In this document: positions 31,133-40,495 of the stretch, piece by piece
How the letters are laid out: every line of letters starts with the position of its first letter
How positions within the stretch are numbered: the first letter of the stretch is position 1
Origin: Alphaproteobacteria bacterium
Lineage (GTDB): Bacteria > Pseudomonadota > Alphaproteobacteria > MPNO01
Length of the DNA stretch: 64,000 nt
Direction of reading: 5' to 3'
Assembly: GCA_965248835.1 (NCBI GenBank)
Contig: CBDFLJ010000002.1
Location: 1-64,000, forward strand
Position numbers and translations under genes: made by a program
The notes under the pieces: model-generated
The model's input: only the letters and a program-made list of their open reading frames with translations
Databases searched by the model: none
Told to the model about the DNA's origin: nothing

Positions 31133-31186
31133 GGGGCCGGACATTGGGCATAGTCGGCCCCGACCGGGTGACGGGACGACGCCGCT

Positions 31187-31690
31187 TTGACCGAGCCGAC
31201 CAAGCCAATGGCCAAACAGGAGCCGGTCGAGCCGACGCTCGACGGCCCGGTCTCGGCCCCCGACCTGCTCGCGCCGGACGCCCAGGCCGACCATCACCGC
31301 CAGACCCGGGCCGCCCGCCAGACCGAGATCGCCGAAGACTATGTCGAGCTGATCGCCGACCTGATCGATTCGACCGGCGAGGCGCGCGCGGCCGACATCT
31401 CGCGCCGGCTCGGCATCACCCAGGCCAGCGTCGCCAAGATGATCGCCCGGCTGCAGCAGTCTGGCCTGGTGGTCACCCAGCCCTACCGCGCGATTTTCCT
31501 GACCGAGGAGGGACGGCGCATCGCCGAGACCTCACGCCGGCGCCACCAGATCGTGGTCGCCTTCCTGCTCGCCATCGGGGTGAGCGAGGAGGCCGCGCGC
31601 GCCGATGCCGAGGGGATCGAGCACCACGTCAGCGCCGAGACCCTGGCCGCGTTCGAGCGCATGGTCGCCGCGAAGGGCGATCCGTCCTGA
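31187..31690 (+). CDS. mntR: manganese-responsive DtxR-family regulator MntR
   Basis: EDYVELIADL...GEAR, VAKM, PYRAIFLT, RRRHQIV, DAEGIEHHVS closely match E. coli-type MntR. Confidence 0.92.
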   Translation: MTEPTKPMAKQEPVEPTLDGPVSAPDLLAPDAQADHHRQTRAARQTEIAEDYVELIADLIDSTGEARAADISRRLGITQASVAKMIARLQQSGLVVTQPYRAIFLTEEGRRIAETSRRRHQIVVAFLLAIGVSEEAARADAEGIEHHVSAETLAAFERMVAAKGDPS

Positions 31691-34023
31691 ACGAGTCGCT
31701 GATCGGGATGCCGCTTAAGCGGCTGGAGGATCCGGCGTTGCTGCGCGGCGCGGCGCGTTTCGTCGACGACATCCGCATTCCCGGCACCGTGCACGCGGCC
31801 TTCCTGCGCAGCCCGCTCGCGCACGCCCGGATCCGGGCCGTCGATCTCGCGGCGGCCAGGACCGCGCCCGGCGTGGTCGCGGCGCTCGGCCATGCCGATA
31901 TCGCCCCGCATCTGACCGCACCGCGCCTGCGGACCGCGCTGCCCAGCGACGCCTACCGCTACATCCTCGACCGGCCGATTCTCGCCTGGGACGAGCTCTG
32001 CCACGTCGGAGAGCCGGTCGCGGTGGTGATCGCCCGGACCCGCTACGAAGCCGAAGATGCGGTCGGCCTGATCGCGCTCGACCTCACGCCGCTGCCGCCG
32101 GTCGCCGACTGCCGCGACGCCCTGGAACCGGGCGCCGCGACGGCCCATGCCGATGCCGAGGACAACCTGCTCGCCGCCTACGAGGTGGCCTATGGCGACG
32201 TCGAGGCGGCCTTCGAGGCGGCCGCGCACACCGTCTCGGTCTCGCTGCGCCAGCACAAGGGACTCGGGCTCGCCATCGAGTGCCGCGGGGTGCTCGCCTA
32301 TCCCGACCCGGTCTCGGGCGTGCTCTCGGTCTGGCTTTCGAGCCAGGCCCCGCACGGCGCGCTGCGCGCGCTGGTGGCGCTGCTCGGACTGGACGAGAAC
32401 CGGATCGCGGTGCGCGCGGCCGAGGTCGGCGGCGGGTTCGGGCCCAAGCTGGTGGTCTATCCCGAGGACATCGCGGTCGCGGCGGCGGCCCGGCTGCTTT
32501 CCCGTCCGGTCAAGTGGATCGAGGACCGGCGGGAGCATTTCGTCGCCACCACCCAGGAGCGCGACCAGTATTGGGACATCGAGGCCGCGACCGACGTCGG
32601 CGGCCGGCTGCTCGGGCTGCGCGGCCGGATGATCCACGACCACGGCGCCTATACCGCGCGCGGGCTCAACCTCGCCTATAACGCCGCCACCGTGGTGCCG
32701 GGGCCCTACCGGCTGCCGGCCTACCGGCTGGAGGTCTCGATCGCGCTGACCAACAAGGTGCCGACGACCCCGGTGCGCGGCGCCGGCCACCCGCAGGGCA
32801 CCTTTGCCATGGAACGGACTCTCGACCGCGTGGCCGAGGTGCTCGGCGTCGCGCCCGAGGAGGTCCGGCGCCGCAACATGATCGGCGCAGACGAGATGCC
32901 CTATGCGCGGGCGCTGGCTGCGCGCAGCGGGGCCGGCATCGTCCTCGATTCCGGCGACTACCCGGCCTGCCAGGACGCTGCCATCGCGCTCGCCCACTAT
33001 CCGGACTTCCACCGCCGCCAGCGCGCCGCGCGGGAGGCGGGCCGGTATCTCGGGATCGGCCTTGCCAACTACGTCAAGGGCACCGGGCGCGGCCCGTTCG
33101 AGGCGGTCACGCTGCGCATCGCACCGTCGGGCCGGGTGAGCCTGTATACCGGGGCGACCGCGATCGGCCAGGGCACCCGGACGATGCTGGCGCAGATCTG
33201 CGCCGAGCGCCTGGGAGTCGCGCCGGGCGCGATCACCGTGGTCGCCGGGGACACCGCGGCGGTCCCAACCGGGATCGGCGCCTCGGCCAGCCGCCAGGCG
33301 GTCAACGCCGGCTCCTCGGCCCATCTCGCCGCGGTCGCGCTGGAGGCCAGAGTCAAGCGGCTCGCCGCCGGCGTGCTCGAGGTCGCCCCGGATGACGTCG
33401 AGCTCGCCGGCGGGCAGGCGCGGGTGCGCGGCGTCGCCGCGCTGTCGGTCGGGCTCGGCGCGCTGGCCGACATGGTCTACGGCACGCCGGGCTATTCCCT
33501 GCCCGCCGGCGCGACGCCGGGGCTGGAGGAGACCGCGGCGGCGACCTTCGACGGCTTGAGCTATGCCAACGGCTGCCATGTCTGCGAGGTCGAGGTCGAT
33601 GCCGAGACCGGCCGGATCGCGGTCCGGCGCTATATCGTGGTCCATGACTGCGGGCGGATGGTCAATCCGATGATCGTCGACGGTCAGGTCGTCGGCGGCC
33701 TCGCCCACGGGCTCGGCAACGCCCTCCTGGAACGGATGGGCTTCGATGAACAGGCTCAGCCCACGACCACGACACTGGCCGACTACATGGTGACCGGCGC
33801 TGCCGAAATGCCGCGGGTGGCGATTCGCCATTTCGAATCACCGACCGATCACAACCCGCTCGGCATCAAGGGGGTGGGCGAAAGCGGTACCGTGCCGGCG
33901 ACCGCAGCCGTTGCCGCCGCGCTCGAGGACGCCCTGCGGCCCTTTGCGGTGCGGATCTCGGAAATGCCCGTCAGCCCGGCCGATCTCGCCCGCCGGATCG
34001 CCGCCTTCCGGGGCGCCGGTTGA
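31687..34023 (+). CDS. xanthine dehydrogenase/CoxL-family molybdopterin-binding large subunit
   Basis: KRLEDPALLRG, VGGGFGPK, PVRGAGHPQ, GQG, KGVGE; start uncertain (CTG 31687 or ATG 31708). Confidence 0.88.
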   Translation: MNESLIGMPLKRLEDPALLRGAARFVDDIRIPGTVHAAFLRSPLAHARIRAVDLAAARTAPGVVAALGHADIAPHLTAPRLRTALPSDAYRYILDRPILAWDELCHVGEPVAVVIARTRYEAEDAVGLIALDLTPLPPVADCRDALEPGAATAHADAEDNLLAAYEVAYGDVEAAFEAAAHTVSVSLRQHKGLGLAIECRGVLAYPDPVSGVLSVWLSSQAPHGALRALVALLGLDENRIAVRAAEVGGGFGPKLVVYPEDIAVAAAARLLSRPVKWIEDRREHFVATTQERDQYWDIEAATDVGGRLLGLRGRMIHDHGAYTARGLNLAYNAATVVPGPYRLPAYRLEVSIALTNKVPTTPVRGAGHPQGTFAMERTLDRVAEVLGVAPEEVRRRNMIGADEMPYARALAARSGAGIVLDSGDYPACQDAAIALAHYPDFHRRQRAAREAGRYLGIGLANYVKGTGRGPFEAVTLRIAPSGRVSLYTGATAIGQGTRTMLAQICAERLGVAPGAITVVAGDTAAVPTGIGASASRQAVNAGSSAHLAAVALEARVKRLAAGVLEVAPDDVELAGGQARVRGVAALSVGLGALADMVYGTPGYSLPAGATPGLEETAAATFDGLSYANGCHVCEVEVDAETGRIAVRRYIVVHDCGRMVNPMIVDGQVVGGLAHGLGNALLERMGFDEQAQPTTTTLADYMVTGAAEMPRVAIRHFESPTDHNPLGIKGVGESGTVPATAAVAAALEDALRPFAVRISEMPVSPADLARRIAAFRGAG

Positions 34024-34045
34024 GCCACAGAAGCCGCCGTCCTAC

Positions 34046-34061
34046 CCACAACATGTTGCGG
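34046..34061. promoter_or_regulatory. NrdR box (distal)
   Basis: CCACAACATGTTGCGG fits the acaCwAtATaTwGtgt consensus, upstream of nrdA. Confidence 0.6.
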
Positions 34062-34092
34062 CCGTAATCGCTTTCGATACAATTTGCGACAT

Positions 34093-34149
34093 GAACGAAC
34101 ACGGAACAAACACTTGATTTGCCGGACAAAGTTGGTACTAATATAGAAC
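34093..34149. promoter_or_regulatory. two alphaproteobacterial LexA (SOS) boxes
   Basis: GAAC-N7-GAAC at 34093-34107 and GTAC-N7-GAAC at 34135-34149. Confidence 0.6.
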
Positions 34150-34197
34150 AAAATGTGGAGAAACCGCTTGCGTGCCGGGGCACCGGACCCCTGTCAA

Positions 34198-34244
34198 CCA
34201 CAAAATGTTGCGTTTTCATCTTGCTTCACCACAATTTGTTGTGC
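34198..34244. promoter_or_regulatory. tandem NrdR boxes
   Basis: CCACAAAATGTTGCGT (34198) and CCACAATTTGTTGTGC (34229), 31 bp apart, the typical NrdR tandem spacing. Confidence 0.75.
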
Positions 34245-34393
34245 AGTCTACGCGTTCGCACTGCCTCGTCGACCGATTCGGTTTCGGCTGGTTCGGGCGC
34301 GGGGCGGCGCTCCTCGGTGACGCCAATGCGTTCGACCGGCGCAGCCTGGTAACGGCGTTCCGGCGATGGACCGAACGACTTAGGAGGGGCGGC

Positions 34394-36262
34394 TTGCTGG
34401 ATCTGATTTCTTCGAAGCACGATCTGCTTCAGTCCCCGCGCGAGGTCACGGTCGAGATCGACCGCGGCCGCGACGATCTGCTTACCGATTTCGGCAAGGC
34501 GGTGCTGGACGACCGCTACCTGCTGCCGGAGGAGCGCTATCAAGACCTGTTCGCCCGGGTCGCCTCCCACTACGGCGATGACTCGGCCCACGCCCAGCGG
34601 CTCTACGACTACATGTCGCGGCTGTGGTTCATGCCCTCGACGCCGATCCTGTCCAACGGCGGCACCCAGCGCGGCCTGCCGATCTCGTGCTTTCTCAACG
34701 AGGCCGAGGACAGTCTGGACGGCATCGTCGATCTGTGGAACGAGAACGTGTGGCTGGCCGCGCGCGGCGGCGGCATCGGCAGCTATTGGGGCAATCTGCG
34801 CTCGATCGGCGAGAAGGTCTCGGCCAACGGCAAGACCTCGGGCATCATCCCGTTCATCCGGGTGATGGATTCGCTCACGCTGGCGATCTCCCAGGGTTCG
34901 CTGCGCCGCGGCTCGGCCGCGGTCTATATCGGCATCGACCACCCCGAGATCGAGGAGTTCATCGAGATCCGCCGGCCGACCGGCGGTGACCCCAACCGCA
35001 AGGCGCTCAACCTGCACCACGGCGTGGTGATCACCGACGCCTTCATGCGCGCGGTCGAGAACAACGAAGATTGGGCGCTGATCAGCCCCAAGGACAGGAC
35101 CGTCGTCCGCCGCATCCAGGCGCGCGCGCTGTGGATCCGTCTCCTGACCGGCCGGGTCGAGACCGGCGAGCCCTATTTCATCTATATCGACCACGTCAAC
35201 CGTGCGGTGCCCGAGCACCAAAAGCTGGCCGGGCTGCAGGTCAGGATGTCCAACCTGTGCAGCGAGATCACCCTGCCGACCGGGCTCGACCACCACGACC
35301 GGGAGCGGACCGCGGTGTGCTGCCTGTCCTCGCTCAACCTGGAGACCTATCTGGAGTGGCGCGAGGATCCCCGCTTCATCGAGGACGTGATGCGCTTCCT
35401 CGACAATGTGCTGGAGGACTTCATCGGCAAGGCGCCCGATTCGATGGCGCGCGCGCGCTACGCCGCTTCCCGCGAGCGTTCGGTCGGGCTCGGCGTGATG
35501 GGCTTCCATTCCTTCCTGCAGAGCCAGCGCGTGCCGCTGGAGTCCGCGCCGGCCAAGGCATGGAACCGCACCATGTTTCGTCATATCCGGGCCCACGCCG
35601 ATGCCGCCTCCAGCCTGCTGGCGGCCGAACGCGGGCCGTGCCCGGACGCGGCCGATTACGGCTTCCAGGAGCGCTTCTCCAACAAGATGGCGATCGCGCC
35701 CACCGCCTCGATCTCGATCATCTGCGGCGGCTCTTCACCCGGGATCGAGCCCAACGCGGCCAACGCCTTCACCCACAAGACGCTGTCGGGCTCCTTCAGC
35801 GTGCGCAACAAATACCTGAAGGCGCTCCTGGCCTCGAAGGGCCAGGACACCGACGAGGTCTGGACCTCGATCACCGTCCACGAGGGCTCGGTCGGTCATC
35901 TCGATTTCCTGAGCGCCGATGAGAAGGCGATCTTCAAGACCGCCTTCGAGATCGACCAGCGCTGGCTGATCGACCTGGCGGCCGATCGCGCGCCCTATGT
36001 CTGCCAGTCCCAGTCGCTCAACATCTTCCTGCCGGCCGATGTCCACAAGAAAATGCTGCACGACATCCACTTCCAAGCTTGGAAGAAGGGCGTGAAATCG
36101 CTCTACTACCTGCGCTCGCGCTCGCTCCAGCGGGCCGACGTGATCTCGACCAAGGTCGACGTTGCCGACAACGGCATCGCCGCACCGGAAGTCGCGGCAC
36201 CGATCCCGCTGATGGCCGCGGAGCCCGGCGCCGACTACGAAGAATGCCTCGCCTGCCAGTAG
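34394..36262 (+). CDS. nrdA: class I ribonucleotide reductase alpha subunit (short form, no ATP cone)
   Basis: PISCF, SNLCSEI, AIAPTASIS, KSLYYLRS, C-terminal CLAC; TTG start after AGGAGG. Confidence 0.95.
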   Translation: MLDLISSKHDLLQSPREVTVEIDRGRDDLLTDFGKAVLDDRYLLPEERYQDLFARVASHYGDDSAHAQRLYDYMSRLWFMPSTPILSNGGTQRGLPISCFLNEAEDSLDGIVDLWNENVWLAARGGGIGSYWGNLRSIGEKVSANGKTSGIIPFIRVMDSLTLAISQGSLRRGSAAVYIGIDHPEIEEFIEIRRPTGGDPNRKALNLHHGVVITDAFMRAVENNEDWALISPKDRTVVRRIQARALWIRLLTGRVETGEPYFIYIDHVNRAVPEHQKLAGLQVRMSNLCSEITLPTGLDHHDRERTAVCCLSSLNLETYLEWREDPRFIEDVMRFLDNVLEDFIGKAPDSMARARYAASRERSVGLGVMGFHSFLQSQRVPLESAPAKAWNRTMFRHIRAHADAASSLLAAERGPCPDAADYGFQERFSNKMAIAPTASISIICGGSSPGIEPNAANAFTHKTLSGSFSVRNKYLKALLASKGQDTDEVWTSITVHEGSVGHLDFLSADEKAIFKTAFEIDQRWLIDLAADRAPYVCQSQSLNIFLPADVHKKMLHDIHFQAWKKGVKSLYYLRSRSLQRADVISTKVDVADNGIAAPEVAAPIPLMAAEPGADYEECLACQ

Positions 36263-36326
36263 GGCAATTGCGGGCACCGCCTGTCGGACCCAGCCGGTCC
36301 GCAGGAAATTCAATGGGATGGGGTTG

Positions 36327-37289
36327 ATGTCGCTGCTGGAAACGAACGGGGTCTACAAGCCGTTCCGCTATCCCTGGGCCTACGATGCCTGGCTGATCCA
36401 GCAGCGCATCCACTGGCTGCCCGAAGAGGTGCCGCTGGCCGATGACGTCAAGGACTGGCACAACAACCTGAGCCCGGAAGAGCGCCATACGCTGACCCAG
36501 ATCTTCCGCTTCTTCACCCAGTCCGACATCGAGGTCAACAACTGCTACATGCGCCACTACGCGCGCGTCTTCGAGCCGACCGAGGTGCAGATGATGCTGG
36601 CCGCGTTCTCCAACATGGAGACCGTTCATATCGCGGCGTACTCGCATCTGCTCGATACCATCGGCATGCCCGAGACCGAGTACCAAGCCTTCTTCCGCTA
36701 TAAGGAGATGAAGGACAAGTACGATTTCATGCAGCAGTTCGGCACCGAGACCAAGCCCGACATCGCCATGACGCTGGCGGTCTTCGGCGCCTTTACCGAG
36801 GGGCTGCAGCTCTTCGCCTCGTTCGCGATCCTGCTCAACTTCCCCCGGGTCAACAAGATGAAGGGGATGGGGCAGATCGTCACCTGGTCGGTGCGCGACG
36901 AATCGCTGCACACCGATTCGATCATCCGGCTGTTTCGCACCTTCGTTTCGGAGAACCCTGAGATCTGGACCGATGACTTCCGGCGCGACCTCTACAAGAC
37001 CTGCAACACCGTGGTCGAGCACGAGGATGCCTTCATCAACCTCGCCTTCGAACTCGGCGGCGTCGAGGGGCTGGAGGGCAAGGAAGTCAAGGAGTACATC
37101 CGCTATATCGCCGACCGCCGGCTCTCGCAGCTCGGCCTGCAGCCGATTTTCAGGATCGAGCGCAACCCGCTGCCCTGGATGGACGAGATCCTGAACGGCA
37201 TGGAGCACACCAACTTCTTCGAAAACCGTGCGACCGAATATTCCAAGGCTGCCACTCAGGGGACCTGGGACGAGGTCTGGGACGACTGA
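36327..37289 (+). CDS. nrdB: class Ia ribonucleotide reductase beta subunit
   Basis: QSDIEV, METVHIAAY (radical Tyr), TEGLQLF, RDESLH, NFFENRATEY. Confidence 0.95.
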   Translation: MSLLETNGVYKPFRYPWAYDAWLIQQRIHWLPEEVPLADDVKDWHNNLSPEERHTLTQIFRFFTQSDIEVNNCYMRHYARVFEPTEVQMMLAAFSNMETVHIAAYSHLLDTIGMPETEYQAFFRYKEMKDKYDFMQQFGTETKPDIAMTLAVFGAFTEGLQLFASFAILLNFPRVNKMKGMGQIVTWSVRDESLHTDSIIRLFRTFVSENPEIWTDDFRRDLYKTCNTVVEHEDAFINLAFELGGVEGLEGKEVKEYIRYIADRRLSQLGLQPIFRIERNPLPWMDEILNGMEHTNFFENRATEYSKAATQGTWDEVWDD

Positions 37290-37292
37290 GCG

Positions 37293-38231
37293 ATGACCCC
37301 TGCCAGCGCGCAGGTGCCGGGGCGTGGACAGATCTTCCTCGACCATGTCGGTTGGTTCGTCGACGACCTCGAGGCCGCTGGGCAGGTTTTCGAGCGGCTC
37401 GGCTTCGTCCTGACGCCGATCACCGTCCATGAGAACCAGGAGGGGGACGGCAGCCGGGTCCGGGCCGGGACCGCCAACCGCTGCGCGATGATCGAGCGCG
37501 GCTATATCGAGATCCTGGCCGCCGTCGAAGGCATCGACAATGCGATCACCGGCGAGCTGCGCGGCGCGCTTGCCCGCCATGCCGGCATCCACCTGATCGC
37601 GTTCAGCTGTGCGGATACCGCCCGCGAGACGGCCCGCCTGGAGCGGGAAGGCTTCGCGCCGCTGCCCGCGACCGCCCTGCGCAGGCCGGTGCAGACCGAC
37701 GCCGGCACGACCGAGGAGGCCGCTTTCTCGGCTATCCGCCTGCCGCCCGGCACGCTCCCGGAAGGCCGCATCCAGATGCTGCGCCAGGACACGCCGGAGA
37801 CCGTATGGCAGCCCTCGCTGATCGCCCGCGACAACGCGGTCGTCTCGCTTGCCGGGGTGGTGACGTGCAGCGACGATCCCGCCGCCGCCGCCGCGCGGTT
37901 TTCGCGGTTCACCGGCAAGCCGGCCGAGGCCCGCACAATCTTTCTCGACCGCGGCCGGATGGACTTTTGCGACCCCGGCCATCTGGCGTGCCTGCTGCCC
38001 GGTGCGCAGCCGGCCACGCTGCCCTGCAACGCCGCCGTCGTCCTGGAGAGTGCCGATCTCGCGCGCAGCCGCGCCTGTTTCGCCGCCGCCGGCTTGCCGG
38101 TCTCCGAGGTCGCCGAAGGCATCATCGCCGTCCCGCCCGAGGCCGCCGCGGGTGCGTGGATGGTGGTCCGCGCCGCCGACAAAGCGTGGCCGGCCCCGGC
38201 CGGACCCCGAACCGGCGCGCCTCAGGCGTAA
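37293..38231 (+). CDS. VOC/glyoxalase-like family protein
   Basis: LDHVGWFVDDL, GTANR, GYIEIL. Confidence 0.75.
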   Translation: MTPASAQVPGRGQIFLDHVGWFVDDLEAAGQVFERLGFVLTPITVHENQEGDGSRVRAGTANRCAMIERGYIEILAAVEGIDNAITGELRGALARHAGIHLIAFSCADTARETARLEREGFAPLPATALRRPVQTDAGTTEEAAFSAIRLPPGTLPEGRIQMLRQDTPETVWQPSLIARDNAVVSLAGVVTCSDDPAAAAARFSRFTGKPAEARTIFLDRGRMDFCDPGHLACLLPGAQPATLPCNAAVVLESADLARSRACFAAAGLPVSEVAEGIIAVPPEAAAGAWMVVRAADKAWPAPAGPRTGAPQA

Positions 38232-38680
38232 TCGAGCGGCAGGGCGGTGGTGTACTTGATCTCCTCCATCGCGAAGCTCGAGCTGACATCGCTCAGGGAG
38301 ACCCTGCTGATCAGGCGCTTGTAGACCGCGTCGTACGCTGCGATGTCCGGCACCACGACCCGCAGCAGGTAATCGACGTCGCCGCTCATGCGGTAGAACT
38401 CGACCACCTCCGGGATCTCGACGACCGCCCGGGAGAACGCCTCAAGCCATTCTGCGCTGTGCTCGTTGGTGCGAACGGCGACAAACACCGTCACGCCCGC
38501 GTTCAACTTCTGGCCGTCAAGCAGCGCCACCCGGGCCCGGATGACGCCCGCCTCCTCCATCTTCTGGATGCGCCGCCAGCACGGCGTGGTCGACAGCCCG
38601 ACGCGTTCGGCGATCTCGGCGACCGGGGTCGTGGCGTCCTTCTGCAAAAAAGAAAGAATTTTCTTATCTATGTTATCCAC
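38222..38680 (-). CDS. Lrp/AsnC regulator, DecR (YbaO)-like
   Basis: GLSTTPCWRRI, YKRLI, DVSSSFAMEEIKYTTALP match DecR-type regulators. Confidence 0.9.
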   Translation of the reverse strand: MDNIDKKILSFLQKDATTPVAEIAERVGLSTTPCWRRIQKMEEAGVIRARVALLDGQKLNAGVTVFVAVRTNEHSAEWLEAFSRAVVEIPEVVEFYRMSGDVDYLLRVVVPDIAAYDAVYKRLISRVSLSDVSSSFAMEEIKYTTALPLDYA

Positions 38681-38786
38681 TAGTGTATTTTCCTTTATTT
38701 GTGTGATATAGTAGATTTTGTTTGCTCATATGTGGGATTTCACGAGAAATTAGAAAATTTTTCCAAGCACGAGTATAGGCCGATCC

Positions 38787-39398
38787 ATGCCTGATGCCAC
38801 CGACGATGTTGCGCTGCTCGACGGCCGCGCCCTTTGCGATCCGGGACCGAGCGGGCGTGAGCGCCGGTTCGCCGAGATCGGCGCGGCGGTCGCACGCCTG
38901 GCGCCAGACCGGCGCGCCGCCAAGGCGGCCGAACGCCTGTCTCCGCTGCTCGCCGCTCCGGGTCTCCTGCGGGCCGCGGAATGCGCCTGTCCGGAGACCG
39001 GCTACGGCCGCCGCAATATCTATTTCTGCCCGCACGAGACGCTCAGCGTCGTTGTGGCGGTCTGGCCGGCGGGCATCGTCTCGCCGATCCACGACCATCT
39101 GACATGGTGTGCTTACGGCGTCATTCGTGGCACGGTCGAGGACATCCGCTATCAACCGGTGGCCGGTTCCGGTCCGGACGCGGCGCGCGCCACCGAACGG
39201 GTGTGCCACCGAGCCGGTGCCGCTACCTATCTGCCCGGTGCGCAGGGCGGCATCCACCGCATCCGAAACCCCGGCGCCGAGACCGCGGTGACGCTTCACA
39301 TCTATGGCGGAGATGCCCGGAAAACCGGGCCGAACGTCAAGACGGTCTATTCGCCTGCGGGCCGATCGGCCGGCGGCAGGGCCGAGCCCGAGGGTTGA
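38787..39398 (+). CDS. cysteine dioxygenase family protein
   Basis: YGRRNIY, VW..G..SPIHDH, IHRIRN, TLHIYG. Confidence 0.8.
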   Translation: MPDATDDVALLDGRALCDPGPSGRERRFAEIGAAVARLAPDRRAAKAAERLSPLLAAPGLLRAAECACPETGYGRRNIYFCPHETLSVVVAVWPAGIVSPIHDHLTWCAYGVIRGTVEDIRYQPVAGSGPDAARATERVCHRAGAATYLPGAQGGIHRIRNPGAETAVTLHIYGGDARKTGPNVKTVYSPAGRSAGGRAEPEG

Positions 39399-39481
39399 CG
39401 GCACCGCCGCGTTCCGCAGAGTCTTGACCAAACCGCGGGGCCGTGATTCGGGTCCCAGTCTCGGAAATCGGAGGGTACGCC

Positions 39482-40495
39482 ATGCGGGCAGTGTGCTTGC
39501 GCGCACACGGTGGGATCGATGCGCTGACATTGGAGCAGGACTTTCCCGATCCGATAGTCGGCGAGGGCCAGGTCGTGATCCGGGTCCGTGCGACCTCGCT
39601 CAACTATCACGACGTCTTCACCTGCGACGGTATGCCCGGCATCAAGGTGCCGATGCCGATGATCATCGGGCTCGACATCGCCGGCGACATCGTCGAACTC
39701 GGCGCGGGCGTCGCGGGCTGGAAGATCGGCGATGCGGTGCTGATCAATCCGCTCGACCCTATCGCCCCGGAGAAAGGGCTGATGGGCGAGATGGTACTGG
39801 GCGGGACGGCCGAATACTGCCTGGTCGATGCCACCCGGCTGATCGCGATCCCCGAAGGCGTGAGCCACGCCCAGGCCGCCTCGCTTCCCGTTGCCTACGG
39901 GACGGCGCACCGGATGCTGTTCACCCATGGCGGGCTGAAGGAGGGCGAGCGGGTGCTGGTGCTCGGGGCCAGCGGCGGCGTCGGCTCGTGCTGCGTCCTG
40001 CTCGCCAAGCTCGCCGGCGCCGAGGTCGTGGCCTGCGGCAGCACGCCGGAGAAGCTCGAGGCGCTCAAATCCTGGGGCGCGGACCATGTGGTCAACTACG
40101 CCGAGGCGGATTTCGTCAAGGAGATCTGGGGCCTCTATGAAAAGCCGCACCGGCGCCGCTACACCGGCGGGGTCGACATGGTGGTCAACTTCACCGGCGG
40201 GGATACCTGGGTGCCGAGCCTGCGGGCGCTCAAGCGCGGCGGCCGGCTGATGACCTGCGGCGCGACCGCGGGCTACGGCCCCAACACCGATCTGCGCTAT
40301 ATCTGGACCTTCGAACTCAAGATCCTGGGCTCGAACAGCTGGGCGCCCGACGACCTGACTCGGCTCCTGGCGCTGATCCAGGAGGGCCGGCTCAGCCCGG
40401 TGATCGACATCGTGCTGCCGCTGGAGGAGACCCGCGAGGGCGTGCGCCGGCTGCGTGACCGCGAGGTGATCGGGAAGATCATCATCGAGCCATGA
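39482..40495 (+). CDS. MDR-family dehydrogenase/quinone oxidoreductase
   Basis: SLNYHD, LGASGGVG, TCGATAG, GKIII. Confidence 0.88.
   Translation: MRAVCLRAHGGIDALTLEQDFPDPIVGEGQVVIRVRATSLNYHDVFTCDGMPGIKVPMPMIIGLDIAGDIVELGAGVAGWKIGDAVLINPLDPIAPEKGLMGEMVLGGTAEYCLVDATRLIAIPEGVSHAQAASLPVAYGTAHRMLFTHGGLKEGERVLVLGASGGVGSCCVLLAKLAGAEVVACGSTPEKLEALKSWGADHVVNYAEADFVKEIWGLYEKPHRRRYTGGVDMVVNFTGGDTWVPSLRALKRGGRLMTCGATAGYGPNTDLRYIWTFELKILGSNSWAPDDLTRLLALIQEGRLSPVIDIVLPLEETREGVRRLRDREVIGKIIIEP

Noticed and set aside
30730-34023. 1097-aa ORF suggesting an N-terminally extended Mo subunit
   Set aside because: The extension overlaps mntR and the cytochrome gene in other frames and is low-information Arg/Pro-rich sequence
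11495-34023. Calling the CoxL-like genes aerobic CO dehydrogenases
   Set aside because: No form I AYxCSFR motif, and no coxS/coxM or accessory genes
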